The translations under genes and the position numbers were made by a program. 64,000 bases of DNA from Octopus sinensis (lineage: Eukaryota), in assembly GCF_006345805.1 (NCBI RefSeq), contig NC_043008.1:71672001-71736000 (forward strand), written 5' to 3'. Shown piece after piece: positions 51,222 through 64,000 of this stretch. The notes under the pieces are model-generated. The model had not been told where the DNA came from. It worked only from the letters and a program-made list of their open reading frames with translations, and made no database searches. How positions within the stretch are numbered: position 1 is the stretch's first letter; every line of letters starts with the position of its first letter.

Positions 51222-52024
51222 GCAATACCAGTCACTGACTCTCATGGCTTCTCATCTTAACTGATTGGAGGTGTTACATTATACATGTTTTTTCTTGGTA
51301 TAAAAGATGGGCTACAGCAAATATTCTGCTCAATGCCACAGATTTTCTTGCCACTTATATGACCTCAGCCAGTTGAGCATGTCCCTCAGCGACTGACAAT
51401 ATGTGCATTTCTGATCGCGAGCAGGACTAGTCGTGGAGCATCATAGCCATGTGTTGAGAGGAATTCTTTGGCATTTGAATAAATCACCTCGGGAAGCACG
51501 GGTGTTTCATTCAACATGCTCCGGAATAATCATTTAAAGATGTTTTTGTTACATGTTGTTATTGTTTCCGTTGAATAAAATGTGTTGGAAAAAAGCTGCG
51601 ATAATTATGCACCAACCCAATAAGACGGTGGAAAAGGGGAGGAGCTACAACAGAAGAGAACAGAGAAGGAGAAGCCGACAAGCTGGCAGAAACGTTAGCA
51701 GGTTGGGGGAAATGCTTAGCGGTGTTCTATCTGTCTTTATTTTCTGAGTTCAAATTGCTAGCCTTGTGCCAAAATTTCATTCAACCTTATTCAGGGACAT
51801 TTTGAGCGGAATGGGCGACCCGACCTGAAGAAAATACTAACGGGCCCCACCTGCAAGGTCTGGCGCTGTTAACCTTAATATGAACTCATTATATCGCGCA
51901 CAAATGGTTGTGATGCATGCGCTTGGTGTAACTTGATCAAACGAGATGCCATGAAGAATGTATTGGACTTCGTATATTTGTCTCCTAGTGTCACTTTGAT
52001 AGCATGCGCTACTCTCTCATTCAA
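51222..52024 (+). mobile_element. Family F, near full length, interrupted by a ~260 bp insert containing a family E SINE remnant
   Basis: 51222-51520 matches 21341-21650 and 51780-52024 matches 21660-21862. It ends in (GAT)n/(AAT)n. Confidence 0.75.
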
Positions 52025-52065
52025 TGATGATGATGATGATGATAATGATGATGCTGATGATGATA

Positions 52066-52133
<68 letters not shown>

Positions 52134-52149
52134 AATAATTATAATAATG

Positions 52150-53187
52150 CATGAAGAGGTGTAAAGGTGGGCGTGAGCTGATTAGCGTACGGAGTGCATC
52201 AACAACGAAAGAAGAAACAGAGTAGAGTATTTGGTAAACAGCGAACAAGACCTGCTACTGTATGCTACTAATACAGAAGGATTTACTAAAAATAGACTAG
52301 AGCGTGCTAATTAATTCCAATTATGAATAACTAACGAGAGAGAAGAAACTCTGCTAAGCATGGAATTACATGGTCGTTTCGACCGTGAAACTTACAAGTT
52401 AAAAGACCAGGATGCATCCTGGAGCTGGCTCTGCAAGGGTCACCTAAGAAAGAAGCCTAAATATCACTGCTCAGGATCAGGCATTGAATACCAACAGTGT
52501 AAAGAGGGATATCTACCACACAGTTGCAACGGACTTCTGCAGAATGTGTGGGAAGAGGGTCGAAAACGTGACTCTGATTGTTTGTGCTTTTGGAAGTCTT
52601 ACGCAGAAAGAGTACAAGCGCAGGGAGGACAATGTAGCCCCTAACCTTCACTAGCTACTATGCTAGAAGTATGGATACGAAGTAGCAGGTGCTTGGTACC
52701 ATCATACACTGGAAAACGTAATGGACGAAAACAGAAAACAAAAATACTCTGGGAGTTTGACTTCCAAGCAGACAAGTTGTTAGAGCACAGTAGGTCGAAT
52801 ATCGTGACCTTTAGGAGGGACGAACAAGAGTGCCTAATAATTGACGTGGTAGTGCCAGAAGATTAACACATCATGAAAGAAAGAGAAAAGATTGATAAAT
52901 ATGGAGAAGTTGGATTTGAGATCGACGAGATGTGGCAGCGACGTGTGTCCAACATAAGGGTTGTCCCTGTTGTCATTGAAGTATTGGCTTCAAAGTCACC
53001 CAACCTGAAGAAAGATCTGGAAACTAGAAATACCGTACAATCTAGGTATATCGCAAAAATCTGTATATTGCGTAAAATACTGTTTGCATGAGATCCATGT
53101 TGTGACTTGACAGGCAGTACAAACCCCCGGTAGACACAATATCTTCAATCAATAACATCACGATATTGGATATTGTGCGACGTCTTA
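52150..53187 (+). mobile_element. R4/Dong-like LINE 3' fragment ending in (AAT)n
   Basis: MELHGRF.R, SWSWL.KGHL, KILWEFDFQADK..EH.R.NIV...ECLIIDVVVPED, EKIDKY, VVPVVI..L. The 3' UTR joins directly to (AAT)n at 53188-53280. Confidence 0.85.
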
Positions 53188-53211
53188 AATAATAATAATA
53201 ATGATGATGAT

Positions 53212-53280
<69 letters not shown>

Positions 53281-53379
53281 TGGACACGTGAAAAATTCAC
53301 AGAAAATATAAATGATAGAAGCATCTGTAAATTTTGTGCTGGTGCCATGAGAAATGTTTCTATATTGTGATTGCTAAAC

Positions 53380-53765
53380 GCGGCGAGTTGGCAAAATTGT
53401 TAGCACGCCGGGCGAAATGCTTAGAGGTATTTCATCTGCCGCTACGTTCTGAGTTCAAATTCCGCCGAGGTCGACTTTGCCTTTCTTCCTTTCGGGGTCG
53501 ATATAATCGACTTAATCCGCTTGTCTCTCCTTGTTTGTCCTTTCTGTGTTTAACCCCTTGTGGGCAATAAATAAATAAGGATCGTTAGCACGCCGGGCGA
53601 AATGCTTAGAGGTATTTCGTCTGTCTTTACGTTCTGAGTTCAAATTCTGCCGACGTCGACTTTCGATTTCATCCTTTCGGGGTCGATAAGTTAATTACCA
53701 GTTGCATGCTAGGTTCGATCAAATCCACTGCCCCCGCCCTATCACCATACAAAAAAAAAAGACTT
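53380..53765 (+). mobile_element. Dimeric family E SINE
   Basis: Two well-preserved units, each with TTAGCACGCCGGGCGAAATGCTTAGAGGTATTTC...GAGTTCAAATTC...CCTTTCGGGGTCGATA, but with different tails. Confidence 0.9.
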
Positions 53766-54437
53766 GTTCCTATAGTAGAAAAGTATATTGCGACAGTTAC
53801 AGAATATAGACAGAAGTGAAAACCAATGACATAATTACTGTTTAGCCTTAAAATACAACGTACATATTCAGAGAACCCTCTTGGTTTAGAGGAACGGAAT
53901 GTTTTTCTCGTATTCTTTTATTCTTTTACGTCATCTCTCTCTCTTTCTCTCTCTCTCTGTCTTTCTCTCACGTCTTCTCTGTCCTGGACTGTAGACACAT
54001 ATATACACACACATACATTCATATCCGTGTGTGTGTGTGTGCCTGTGTGTGGTTGTGCATTTAATAGCCAGAGATCAACTTCAGTTCACTCTCTATCTTT
54101 CTCTCGCTCACTCTCTCTAGCTCCTTATCTCACTTCCTCTCTCCCTTGCTTGACACACGCGTCAAATTAAAGTATCTCGATTTGCTAATTATCACCCTCC
54201 TCTTGGTGATATATATCAGTGTCCATACTGAAGTAGATACTTTCTACACAGAAGGTCAACATATCCATCAAGTTTCTTATTAGTATACTAGTGCATTCTT
54301 TTAGATGAGTATCTGTCACTAGTTTTTCTTGAATCACTGACAGTTGATTACACACTTATACTCTGGCCCCATCAAAAAGATGTCCAAGTGCTGTTAGGTA
54401 AGCCCTAAAATTTCCTCCATAAGTGCTCACAAGTATA

Positions 54438-54725
54438 TGGCGTAGTGGTTAAAAGTGCGGGTTACTAAGCCCAAGATATCGAGTTCGATTCCAAGCAGCG
54501 TCCTGAATAATAATAATGATAATAATAATAATAAGAAGAAGAACAGCAACAACGTCGAAAAATACCTTAACAATGAAAACCCAGGTTCGAAATTTCCCCA
54601 ATACACCTGATGAAGGCTGGATGATATATCAGCCGAATCGTTGTGTTAACAACAAACATGATGAGGACAAATATCCGTTAAATGTAAATAATTTACATAA
54701 TTGCTCACCTCTTAAATATAGAACA
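54438..54725 (+). mobile_element. tRNA-headed SINE-like element carrying a hammerhead motif (family H4)
   Basis: A-box TAGTGGTTAA (54443), B-box GAGTTCGATTCC (54481), internal (AAT)n, a second B-box-like GGTTCGAAAT, then the hammerhead motif. Confidence 0.8.
54603..54646 (+). ncRNA. Minimal type I hammerhead motif (family H4), A15.1 mutated
   Basis: ACAC-CTGATGA(54607-54613)-A-GGCTG-10 nt loop-CAGCC-GAA-TCGT-T-GTGT. Helices I and II are perfect; the expected ACGT palindrome reads TCGT. Confidence 0.7.
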
Positions 54726-54879
54726 GGAAGTTATCTTTATGCAATAAAAACGAAAACAATTAATAAAAGTTCAGCAATAAAAATTCCTTAATAGGGAGGT
54801 ATTCCACCCAGAAATAACCAAGGAACCCTACACATTCTGGTCATCTCAACCGTGAAAGACACCTGATGTAGGCACCTCT

Positions 54880-56110
54880 CTACTCCTCAACCCCTCCAGT
54901 TTACAAGCTTGTGTTCAGAGTACGCCCATTCTTCGTTGCCACTTTACACAACTTTCGACAAAATTATTGGTAGTAGCATTCCGTTTCCACAGCAATTTCT
55001 TGTTTAACTTGCAAATCCATGAAGACTTTCTGAAGTAGAAAGTATCTCTTTCTCCAACACTTTCAATTTCGTCGAACATACTACCTCTTTCGCCATAGTT
55101 ACGAGATAGAGAAAAACTGCCTGTCAAACGCGACGAAAACTAGGCTGTCGAGTGACCCTCATGACGGACTAGGTTGATCACCGGATCCGTCTTATACGCG
55201 TCAATAGCTGTTCGGAAAAGCTCCATAAGTCAGCAACGCCCGGACACAGGGCGAGTGTATGCATAACCGTTTCATCGCCCTGCACATATCTCGGACATAT
55301 CTGTCTGACAGCACTTCCGTGCATGTAGAGATTGTCTCCGACCGGCAGAACCCCCGATATCCCTACCAGGCAGAGATTTCTGGAAATTATCCATTGGCGT
55401 CGACCTGAAAGTCCTCCAGAAAAGAACAGCTAATTGATTCCTCCCGATGACAAGAATTTCTACGAAAATGTCGTCGCTCTTGCTCGCCGCTAATGTTTAT
55501 AGAACTCCAGAGTGGAAATTCCACCGACTGCATTGTCCGACTGACAAAGGGGCTGTGAGCACATGTCGGCATTGCAGGTACCAATTGCCCTTTCTCGGTC
55601 TATGCTTAATCCAGGACTGTAACTCCTATAGCTACGAGCGGCGGAAAATCGTGTGCGGCAAACGGCAAGCACGCCTGCTCGTTGTGAAAGGCACGCTGCA
55701 GATGTCGCATCCTGAGTACATGCTTGTGCATCATTAGTCACAGAAGTCACCTCTGCTCGAGCCCTCAATGATATCTTCTCTACCCATCTCTAGCTGAGAC
55801 CTGTCACCCTGCTCGAAATCTCCCGCTAGATCTTGTTCACAAGGAGGTTTGGACTCGACCAAACACAATGCAGTTTAACTGTCCTTATAGTTCAGCACCC
55901 TGTGACGCTATCGGACTACAAGTTCCTGAAACCCCATATGCCGATCTGCCGGCCTACCTACTTCTCGTTAATCTTTCATCCTGTTCACGCTTCGTACTCC
56001 CTTAAAGTAGTGCTGACCACCTCAATTTCTGATACATTTACAGTGTCGTCATTTGCATAAGCTGACATGAACCTTCCCATCCTAGTTCATCGGGATGTTC
56101 CTCAAAGTAT
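54880..56110 (-). mobile_element. Decayed Tx1/L1-clade LINE, 3' portion
   Basis: Minus-strand DNA homology with 30100-30800 (for example AATGATGCACA.GCATG...GATGCGAC). GC-rich; 3' end near 54900. Confidence 0.8.
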
Positions 56111-56269
56111 CCAATATTCGTTGATATGATTTATCGTGAACACCCAGTGTTCTTGAGTGTAGTTGTGATAAGAAAATGAAATTAAGCTAAAAGTTTGCTG
56201 GCGTCACTTGCCATTGTTCGGAAAAATTTGTCTCCGTTATGAAGGAAACATTACGGATGTGCCCATCTT

Positions 56270-56400
56270 GAAGAAGAAGAAGAAGAAGAAGAAGAAGAAG
56301 AAGAAGAAGAAGAAGAAGAAGAAGAAGAAGAAGAAGAAGAAGAAGAAGAAGAAGAAGAAGAAGAAGAAGAAGAAGAAGAAGAAGAAAAAGAAGAAGAAGG
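56270..56400. repeat. (AAG)n microsatellite, about 40 units
   Basis: Directly visible; source of the poly-K/poly-F/poly-L ORFs. Confidence 0.97.
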
Positions 56401-57459
56401 AAAAGTAGAAGAGGAGGCATTGTTTCCTGGAATATAGTATACGTGGAAGAACTAGTGATAAGATAAGGAAACTTAAGATCATGGAACTTGATACTTTATA
56501 GTCATAGAAACACATTTACTTTCATCTTATAATTTCTCTGTCCATCTCAGCCTATCTTTATATGTCTATGCGACTACACATACATATCGCTATACGAGTG
56601 TATGTATATCAGTATAAATACTTACAAACATACACAGAGGTATGTATGTATGTATCTATGTATGTATATAGAAATTGACAGAGGGTACGACAGAGAAAAT
56701 GTTTACTGAGTAATTTGTACTTATATGTGGGTACTAACGCACATATTCATATTCATATAGGCACAGACACATAAGTATATGTAAGTTTATGTCTGTTTAA
56801 ATACATGTGCAAATGTGCTTCCTATTGCGCGTCAGTGTGTGTGATGCGTATTGTTATGCATATATATGTATGTATTCAGCTTGGATAACCTTCGTTAATA
56901 GCCAATTTATATAGTATATCCATGGTAAAATGTTTTAAGAGCGTCACTTCTCTTTTATTTTAACATAATAATGAGACTTCTTAGGAAAACCGAAAAGTCC
57001 TTCTTATCAATCGTCTATGTAAGTTTACTAATATAAATCAACTAATTGCCCTCACTCCTATGAACATACCAATATAAAAAGTAAAAAAAGTGGGCTAAGG
57101 TCTTCATAATATAAATATGTATAACGCCTGCTTGAAAATCTCAAACGACTTCAAAAACAGCTCATTTAAAATATCGAGTACGATTTATGTTCTTCACGTT
57201 GGTGTTTTTGTTCTTGTGATTTGTTTTGTGTCCATTTCTTTTTGTTCAATTTTTCTATCTCTTCTAATAAGTATCTCACTTTTGATGCATTAATAGCTTA
57301 AATCCTGTTCTTTGGATAAAGGTTAATTGAGTGATTTCTTGACGTCGTACGATGAAAACGGTTATCACACGCACATAAAACCACACATTCAACACAGCGT
57401 CATATTTATTTATTCATACGCTCGTGTTGTGTATGTGTGTATGTGTGTCCGTGTTATTT

Positions 57460-57472
57460 GCATATATATATA

Positions 57473-57563
<91 letters not shown>

Positions 57564-57565
57564 CG

Positions 57566-57597
<32 letters not shown>

Positions 57598-57695
57598 ATA
57601 TATAATATATATATATATATATACGTATATATGTATAATACATATAATATCTATATAAATACATACGTATATATATATATATTATATATATCTCC

Positions 57696-57740
<45 letters not shown>
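57460..57740. repeat. Long imperfect (TA)n tract (one of more than 20 in the window)
   Basis: Directly visible. Others include 1720-1782, 2805-3045, 14905-15070, 40988-41080, 41615-41740, 42385-42635 and 58670-59000. Confidence 0.95.
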
Positions 57741-57747
<7 letters not shown>

Positions 57748-58670
57748 ATCTATCTATCTGACTCCCTCTCTCTCTCTCTCTCTCTCTGTATATATACACA
57801 CACACAGAGAGACACACATAGCTCTACATATAATTATACATATTTATGTATATTTACGTCCCTCATTTACTTTCTTTCATTCTCTCTTTCTCTCTCTGTC
57901 TCTCTCTCTCTCTATATATATATATATACATATATCTATTTGTACTGAAGAATGTATTTACATAAATATATTATACACTATTGTTTTATACTCGTTTATG
58001 TGTACCTATATGAGTATCTGAGCCTATGTATATCTGTGTGCCTGTGTCAGTATGTATTTATGTATATATATATGTATATATGTATATTCTAAATCATCCA
58101 TATATTCATAGAGCAATGGCCTGAAAGATTACATCGACGCAACAGAATATAAAAAGTAAATAAAACATTTACATGCAGTGAAATATAATCACTCTCTTAA
58201 TGTTGTGAAACATTTATTATTTAAAATAAACAACACACCAATAAAAATATAAGTAAAATACATTGTAAAACAAACAAATCAACAAATAAAAAACAATAGC
58301 AAATTAGCCGATGGCTGGGCCATATTTAAAATTTATGTATTGATATATTTATATACTTTCAGCATTAGTTTACATAAAGTCAGAAAATAGCTGTTTGACT
58401 AATTATTGTGGAAATAATTATGCAGTGATGTAGTAATTTACAGAAAAGTCCACATGTATCTATATACATTCACGTCACACAAATATGAACGTACAAAAAT
58501 TCATACATACATATATATACATAAGTGTGTTAAGATAGCCAAGGCGACTTATATAATGCGTATGAAAAGAATTATGTATGCATGTATGTACAAATATATA
58601 TGCGTATATACATGTGTGTCTTATTTGTCTCTGACTCTCTCTGTTCGTCTGTCTGCCTCTCTTTCTGTCT

Positions 58671-58769
<99 letters not shown>

Positions 58770-58863
58770 CATACATATATTTATCTTTCTCTCTATCTCT
58801 ATATATTTATGCATATATATGTATGTATGTGTGTGTGTGTGTGTGTATGTATACACATACACA

Positions 58864-59007
<144 letters not shown>

Positions 59008-61624
59008 ATATATTATAACCACCATGATGTGTCACTGGCTTAGAATAATTTATCGATTACATTTTCCTGGAAGCTACTAGAATACATAATATGAAGAGTA
59101 ATTTTACCTAATCTCCACTTTGACCACTGAATTAATTGATGGAATGATTCAACTTAATATTTTATTTTCATTGCAATTCTTTGCTCGAAATACGTTAATA
59201 TATTGTAATTAACAAAAAACCCAGACGGAATATGTGTGAAGTGATAGTGTGAAGGAAGCTATCAGCGCTTTTGCCTTGTTGTTTTGGGATAAAATTAAAT
59301 CAAAATATATTTGAAACATGCCCAAAATATACTTTCATTGAAAATAGGTTCAAATATTATCAAGGAGTTCCTAACTATATATTCTTGTAATCTCAAGGAA
59401 GATCTCTTGAAAAAATTGAATACGAAATTGTCTAGAACATTCCGTATGGCAATGAAACTTTTACAGTCATGCGGAAAATAATCATTCAGATGTAGGAAAA
59501 ATATTTCCAAAAATTTTTAGTTCTTGTAGTTGGCTTTTTAACTGTTCGAGAAACTACTTAGAAATATCCATATACTTTATTTTGCTTCGTAATTCGTTGG
59601 TCTACTGTATCTTCTGTCTTATAGCTTAATGTATTTCTTTATAAAGGCGAAAGCTATTTTCAATATAATTATTCCCTAATCTTACATGAAAGATTAACTC
59701 TTCTGAAGCCAACTACAGTGTCTAAACACTATCACACCAGTTCCCTCTTAGACCTTTCATAGCTATACTATACAGTTTGTAGTTTAAGAGTAAGGTTTTT
59801 TCAAAAGTTCTGATAATCCACCCATACACTAGCGCTTTTGGAAAAGATAAATCGTATAGATGGTAACGAAATCTCCGATCTTCCTCCATTTCCAGTTTTA
59901 GATCCGATAACAAGAAGAATCGTCACATCTAAATAAACCAATGACATCTATGATTAGCGGCTGTTGATTTTATCAACGTCTTGAAATAAAAGAGAATTCT
60001 CATCTTTTAGCAACTTTCTGTTATGTAATCATCTGTTGGTTCCACCGTGGGGTCTTAGAACCAGCGGATAAAGAGGGTTACGCTTGGCAGACATGCTACA
60101 GATAGCGCCACTCATAAATATAACTGGATCAGCGGCAGTACGTTGTAGTTTCATAAGTGGATCCTGCATATCTCATTCTACATGTACCACAGAGTAGGTC
60201 TTGAAATTGTGTGTATCATTTCCTAGCAAGTTGATGTCCTCCTTAAACAAGTTCACGCCATTGACACTACATCGACGACAACACCAATGACATCGTGTAA
60301 GAATGTATAGTCTAGAGTTTGAAGTGATTTGAATCCCATCTCAAAATATCTCATAAATTTGCTTTCAGTTAGCAATTTCTTGTAGAAACTTAGTGCAATC
60401 ACTGTGGAAACATCAGCGTCGCTTTATGATAAAGTTTGGTGTACTAAATATTAATGTTTGTGGTATAACGTATTCCAGTAATAATTAGTGGATGAGCTAT
60501 ATTTTAGTTGCAAATACTATCATTATGATATACCACTGAACAGTGTGGTATAGTTGGGTGTAAGTTACCAAACATTAGTTTTGTTGTATATAGTAGAGTA
60601 ATGTGATAAATATTAATGTTGTGGTTTATTGTAGGATGTGTGGTAAATTTTTGCCAATGGTAAAGGATAGTGAAAAAAAATACTATGTTTTTGCAGTATC
60701 GGACAGTGCGGTAAAGTTTGGTGATGTAATATATTACGATATACTGCGGTGTGTTATAAAATATCTGGGTTTTTAAAAAAAATTTTCTGAGGCGGAGTCA
60801 ATAATCTATTGTAAACTATTGTATTTTTCCATAGGGTAAATTTTGTCAAATGATTAGAGGGGTCATTGAATTGAAAGATAAATGTCTGTATGTCACAATC
60901 TCCTATCTGATTTACTCTGAAAGCTGCTGTGACATCGTGAGAAGAACCTTTCTCCCAAGTCTGCTCATGATGCATTCTTCTTCCAGATATTGGGGATATT
61001 TTTATTCAGTGGAACGAAAGGAAAGATTTTTGCAACATAAGCAACGAGTAACTTATTACCATATTCCTCCCACTGCTATATTTTTTTGCATTTTTGTTGT
61101 TGTTGCTGCTCTCATTGGTGTGGTGGCAATGGCTACATTACTATTGCTACTTTATGAAGCTACAGTGGTGGTGGCGATGTTTTCGTCTTTCACTGTTGAT
61201 TCTCGAGCGATGTCAATGGTTTTATCGTTAATACCTGCTCACTCGTCGACAGATCTTCTTTGCTACTAATTTTGCAGATTTTGTTACTGTAGACGCTGTC
61301 GTACTTGTGGTTTTTATTCTTGTTGTTGTTGTTGTTTCTGCTGCTGCTATTATTGTTGCGACTGATACTGCTGATATTTACTGTTACTCGAGTGTTAAGC
61401 GATGTGAGGTGTTGACTGCAACGATGTTTCCTCTTCAAAACAACTTCCCACTCTCACCTCTTGCTTGCTGGCTGGCAAAGATGAAAGTGTAGGAACCATT
61501 ACGGAAATGCTGTTTCCATTTGAAAAAAAAATGTCTTTGAAAAAGCTGTCTCGTTGGGCGAGTAGAAAAGGGTCTATCAGTCTCTTGCGGTACTGAGAGG
61601 TTTAGAAAGATGAAACAATAATAA

Positions 61625-61628
61625 CAGC

Positions 61629-61668
<40 letters not shown>

Positions 61669-61985
61669 TGATGAAGAAAACGAAGAAGAAGAAAAAGAAG
61701 AAGGAGGAAGATGAGGGGGAGGAGGAAGAAGAAGAAGAAAAAGAAGAAGGAGGAAGATGAGGGGGAGGAGGAGAGAAGAAGACGAGGGAGAAGGAGGATG
61801 AAGATGAAGGAGGGGAGGAGGAAGAAGAAGAAGAAGAAGAAGAAGAAGAAGAAGAAGAAGAAGAAGAAGAAGAAGAAATTGAAGAAGAAGAAGAAGAAGA
61901 AGAAGAAGAAGAAGAAGAAGAAGAAAAGAAGAAGAAGAAGAAGAAGAAGAAGAAGAAGAAGAAGAAGAAGAAGAAGAAGAAGATA
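61625..61985. repeat. Compound (AAT)n / (GAA,GGA)n purine-rich tract
   Basis: Directly visible. Confidence 0.95.
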
Positions 61986-63815
61986 AAAGAATAAATACAT
62001 AAGAAATGCAGGGCAGGATAGAACGAATATGATATGTTTTATTCTTTTGATAATAGTTATGAGCCTTAAGGTATAAACGATGCAAAGAAAAATGTACAGT
62101 GTTGTATTAACTGCTAGAAGCCATAGTCACTGCTATCTTACAACTATAAAACTGTTTTGGATAATGCAAGTGCATATACGCTATGCGCAAAACTAAGTTA
62201 GCGTGGCCTTGAACACGTAATACATTTCTGCATATATCAACACTGACTACATGGTAGCTGTGCTACTTCGGAAAAAATGAGAAATGAAATATGGCGATAA
62301 TTAATACTCTATTGAAGTGAGTTTATAATTTCAGAATATAGATTATTGAGGACGTAATCAGAAAGAAAAAAACTCTAATGAAAGCAATATTAGCCTCTGT
62401 CTATCTTAATATCTATCAGACTTTTCACATCAGTTAACTACAGAAGTAAACTACTAAAAACCAAACACACAAATAGACAAAGAACGAATGAAGTTCTTAG
62501 CGACGTTAGAAGGCTCTGCTAAATGCTTCTCCAAAACTCGATCAATCGATCGTAATTTTTAAGAGATTACGTTACTATTATGATTTTGCTATATTTCAGG
62601 AGAAAGTATATTTAATTGACCCACTAAGACAACTTATTACGAATCTAAGTCCACCAATGGCCAAATGTATGAATAAGATAACTGTACAAATGGCATACAT
62701 ACTATTTCCGACAGCTGTTGAAACGTTTGTGTTTTCTCCCCACAACCACGTAGTCTTCCTCTATACTTCCCCTTATTCAGGTTTCTCTAGACGCATGTTT
62801 CCCTGTAATATCTACAAATATTATGCACATCCTGTTCAGGAGGCAGATACCGAAGAAAAACTGCATGTATGTATATTTTCCCTTTTCCCATCAACAACAA
62901 TTTCATCTAATTTTCCCTTCACAGTTAGACAAATTTTGAAAACCACGAGGAAAAAGCATAGCCCATGTGCTAAGAACCCAAAGATTGCATAAAATTAAGG
63001 TAATAATCAAGAAGTAAGTGCGTCATCTAGTGAGAGATAACTGAAATTTCATGTACACAGTATAAAAATAACCTAACCAAAAGTAAAAATTACATGGGAT
63101 TATGCGAATGCGATTGAAAAAAAGGTACGCAAATCACAAATCTTTTTCTGGCACTTCCCGAAAAGTAAAGTCACAAAGTTCCCTATTCACATATAGGTTT
63201 GAAGACCAACAGCACACAACGTACAATCAAGTAGAGTATCGTAGAAAAATCTATGCTATATGTTAATGAATGTAAGAAATACAAATTGTGCGTAAATGAA
63301 ATATGCTTATTTGTTTTAGATTTAAGAATTCCAACACTACCGAATTCCAGATTCGAAATGTTCGGCAAATGCAAGCATATGGAGAATTTCCTTTCGGCAA
63401 ACCGCAGGACACCAACCCCTCCGGATTGAGCAGCTGTATGGCAAACATTGGTGTCCTCCCCGTTGAATTCCAACTACTCGGTTAATTATGTCTTTATGGC
63501 CAAAAGGTACATAGCTCTAATTTTCTTCTTTTCATCTTTCGTTTTTATTCACCATTATTCCATTTTTGTATCTACCTGCTCGCTTATTTACGTGATATCT
63601 TGTATACCAGTGTCCTGTTTAGTAATTAAAATAGACAATGTGTACAGAGCCAAAAGATTGTACAGAGGAACGAGGTATGTTTTACAAACCTGCCTACATC
63701 AACGTGTCCAATGCAAGTGAAAACTACGTATTGTTAATTCACATTTTTATACTATGTACATTAAATTATATAAACACATATATGTATACATATATATACA
63801 TATATATATATAATT

Positions 63816-63967
63816 AGGGCTTAGTAAAATAAATTACTTTGCCACATACTGAACTTTCTAGAAATAGCAGCCAAAAAGTTTTTTAGCCATTTCCACTACT
63901 TTAAGAAAATTTCTCTCAGATAATGTTTACTGATTAATAACTAATTAGTTTTACCCTCAATTGTTGA
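63816..63967. mobile_element. Deletion derivative of family H2 (both ends, no hammerhead)
   Basis: 63816-63928 matches 1891-2007 and 63929-63967 matches the reverse complement of 1788-1826. Flanked by TA and CATA microsatellites. Confidence 0.85.
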
Positions 63968-64000
63968 TACATACATACATATATATATAAATATACATAT

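Noticed and set aside
54438-54500. tRNA gene
   Set aside because: No acceptor stem or complete cloverleaf; it is a tRNA-derived SINE head, as are the other A/B-box elements.

Overview
Very AT-rich eukaryotic DNA with dense microsatellites and almost entirely repeat-derived content. The repeat landscape suggests a coleoid cephalopod, probably Octopus (inference, not a database result). I find no host protein-coding gene that I can support; most listed ORFs are translations of microsatellites. The window holds about 30 tRNA-derived SINE copies and decayed non-LTR retrotransposons: RTE x2, Tx1/L1 x3, HERO-like x1 and several restriction-like-endonuclease R4/Dong-like pieces sitting in (AAT)n tracts. 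It also holds Tc1/mariner and probable piggyBac fossils. The most interesting signal is non-coding: at least eight type-I hammerhead-ribozyme motifs with palindromic helix III, from four apparently unrelated short repeat families. Six cluster at 1.5-3.8 kb, five of them inside tandem-plus-inverted units resembling Penelope pLTRs or retrozymes. Three families share the same non-canonical A.A opposition at the base of helix II, and the fourth family is a tRNA-headed SINE-like element carrying a hammerhead. All family assignments were made by eye, and repeat boundaries are approximate to a few tens of bp unless stated.
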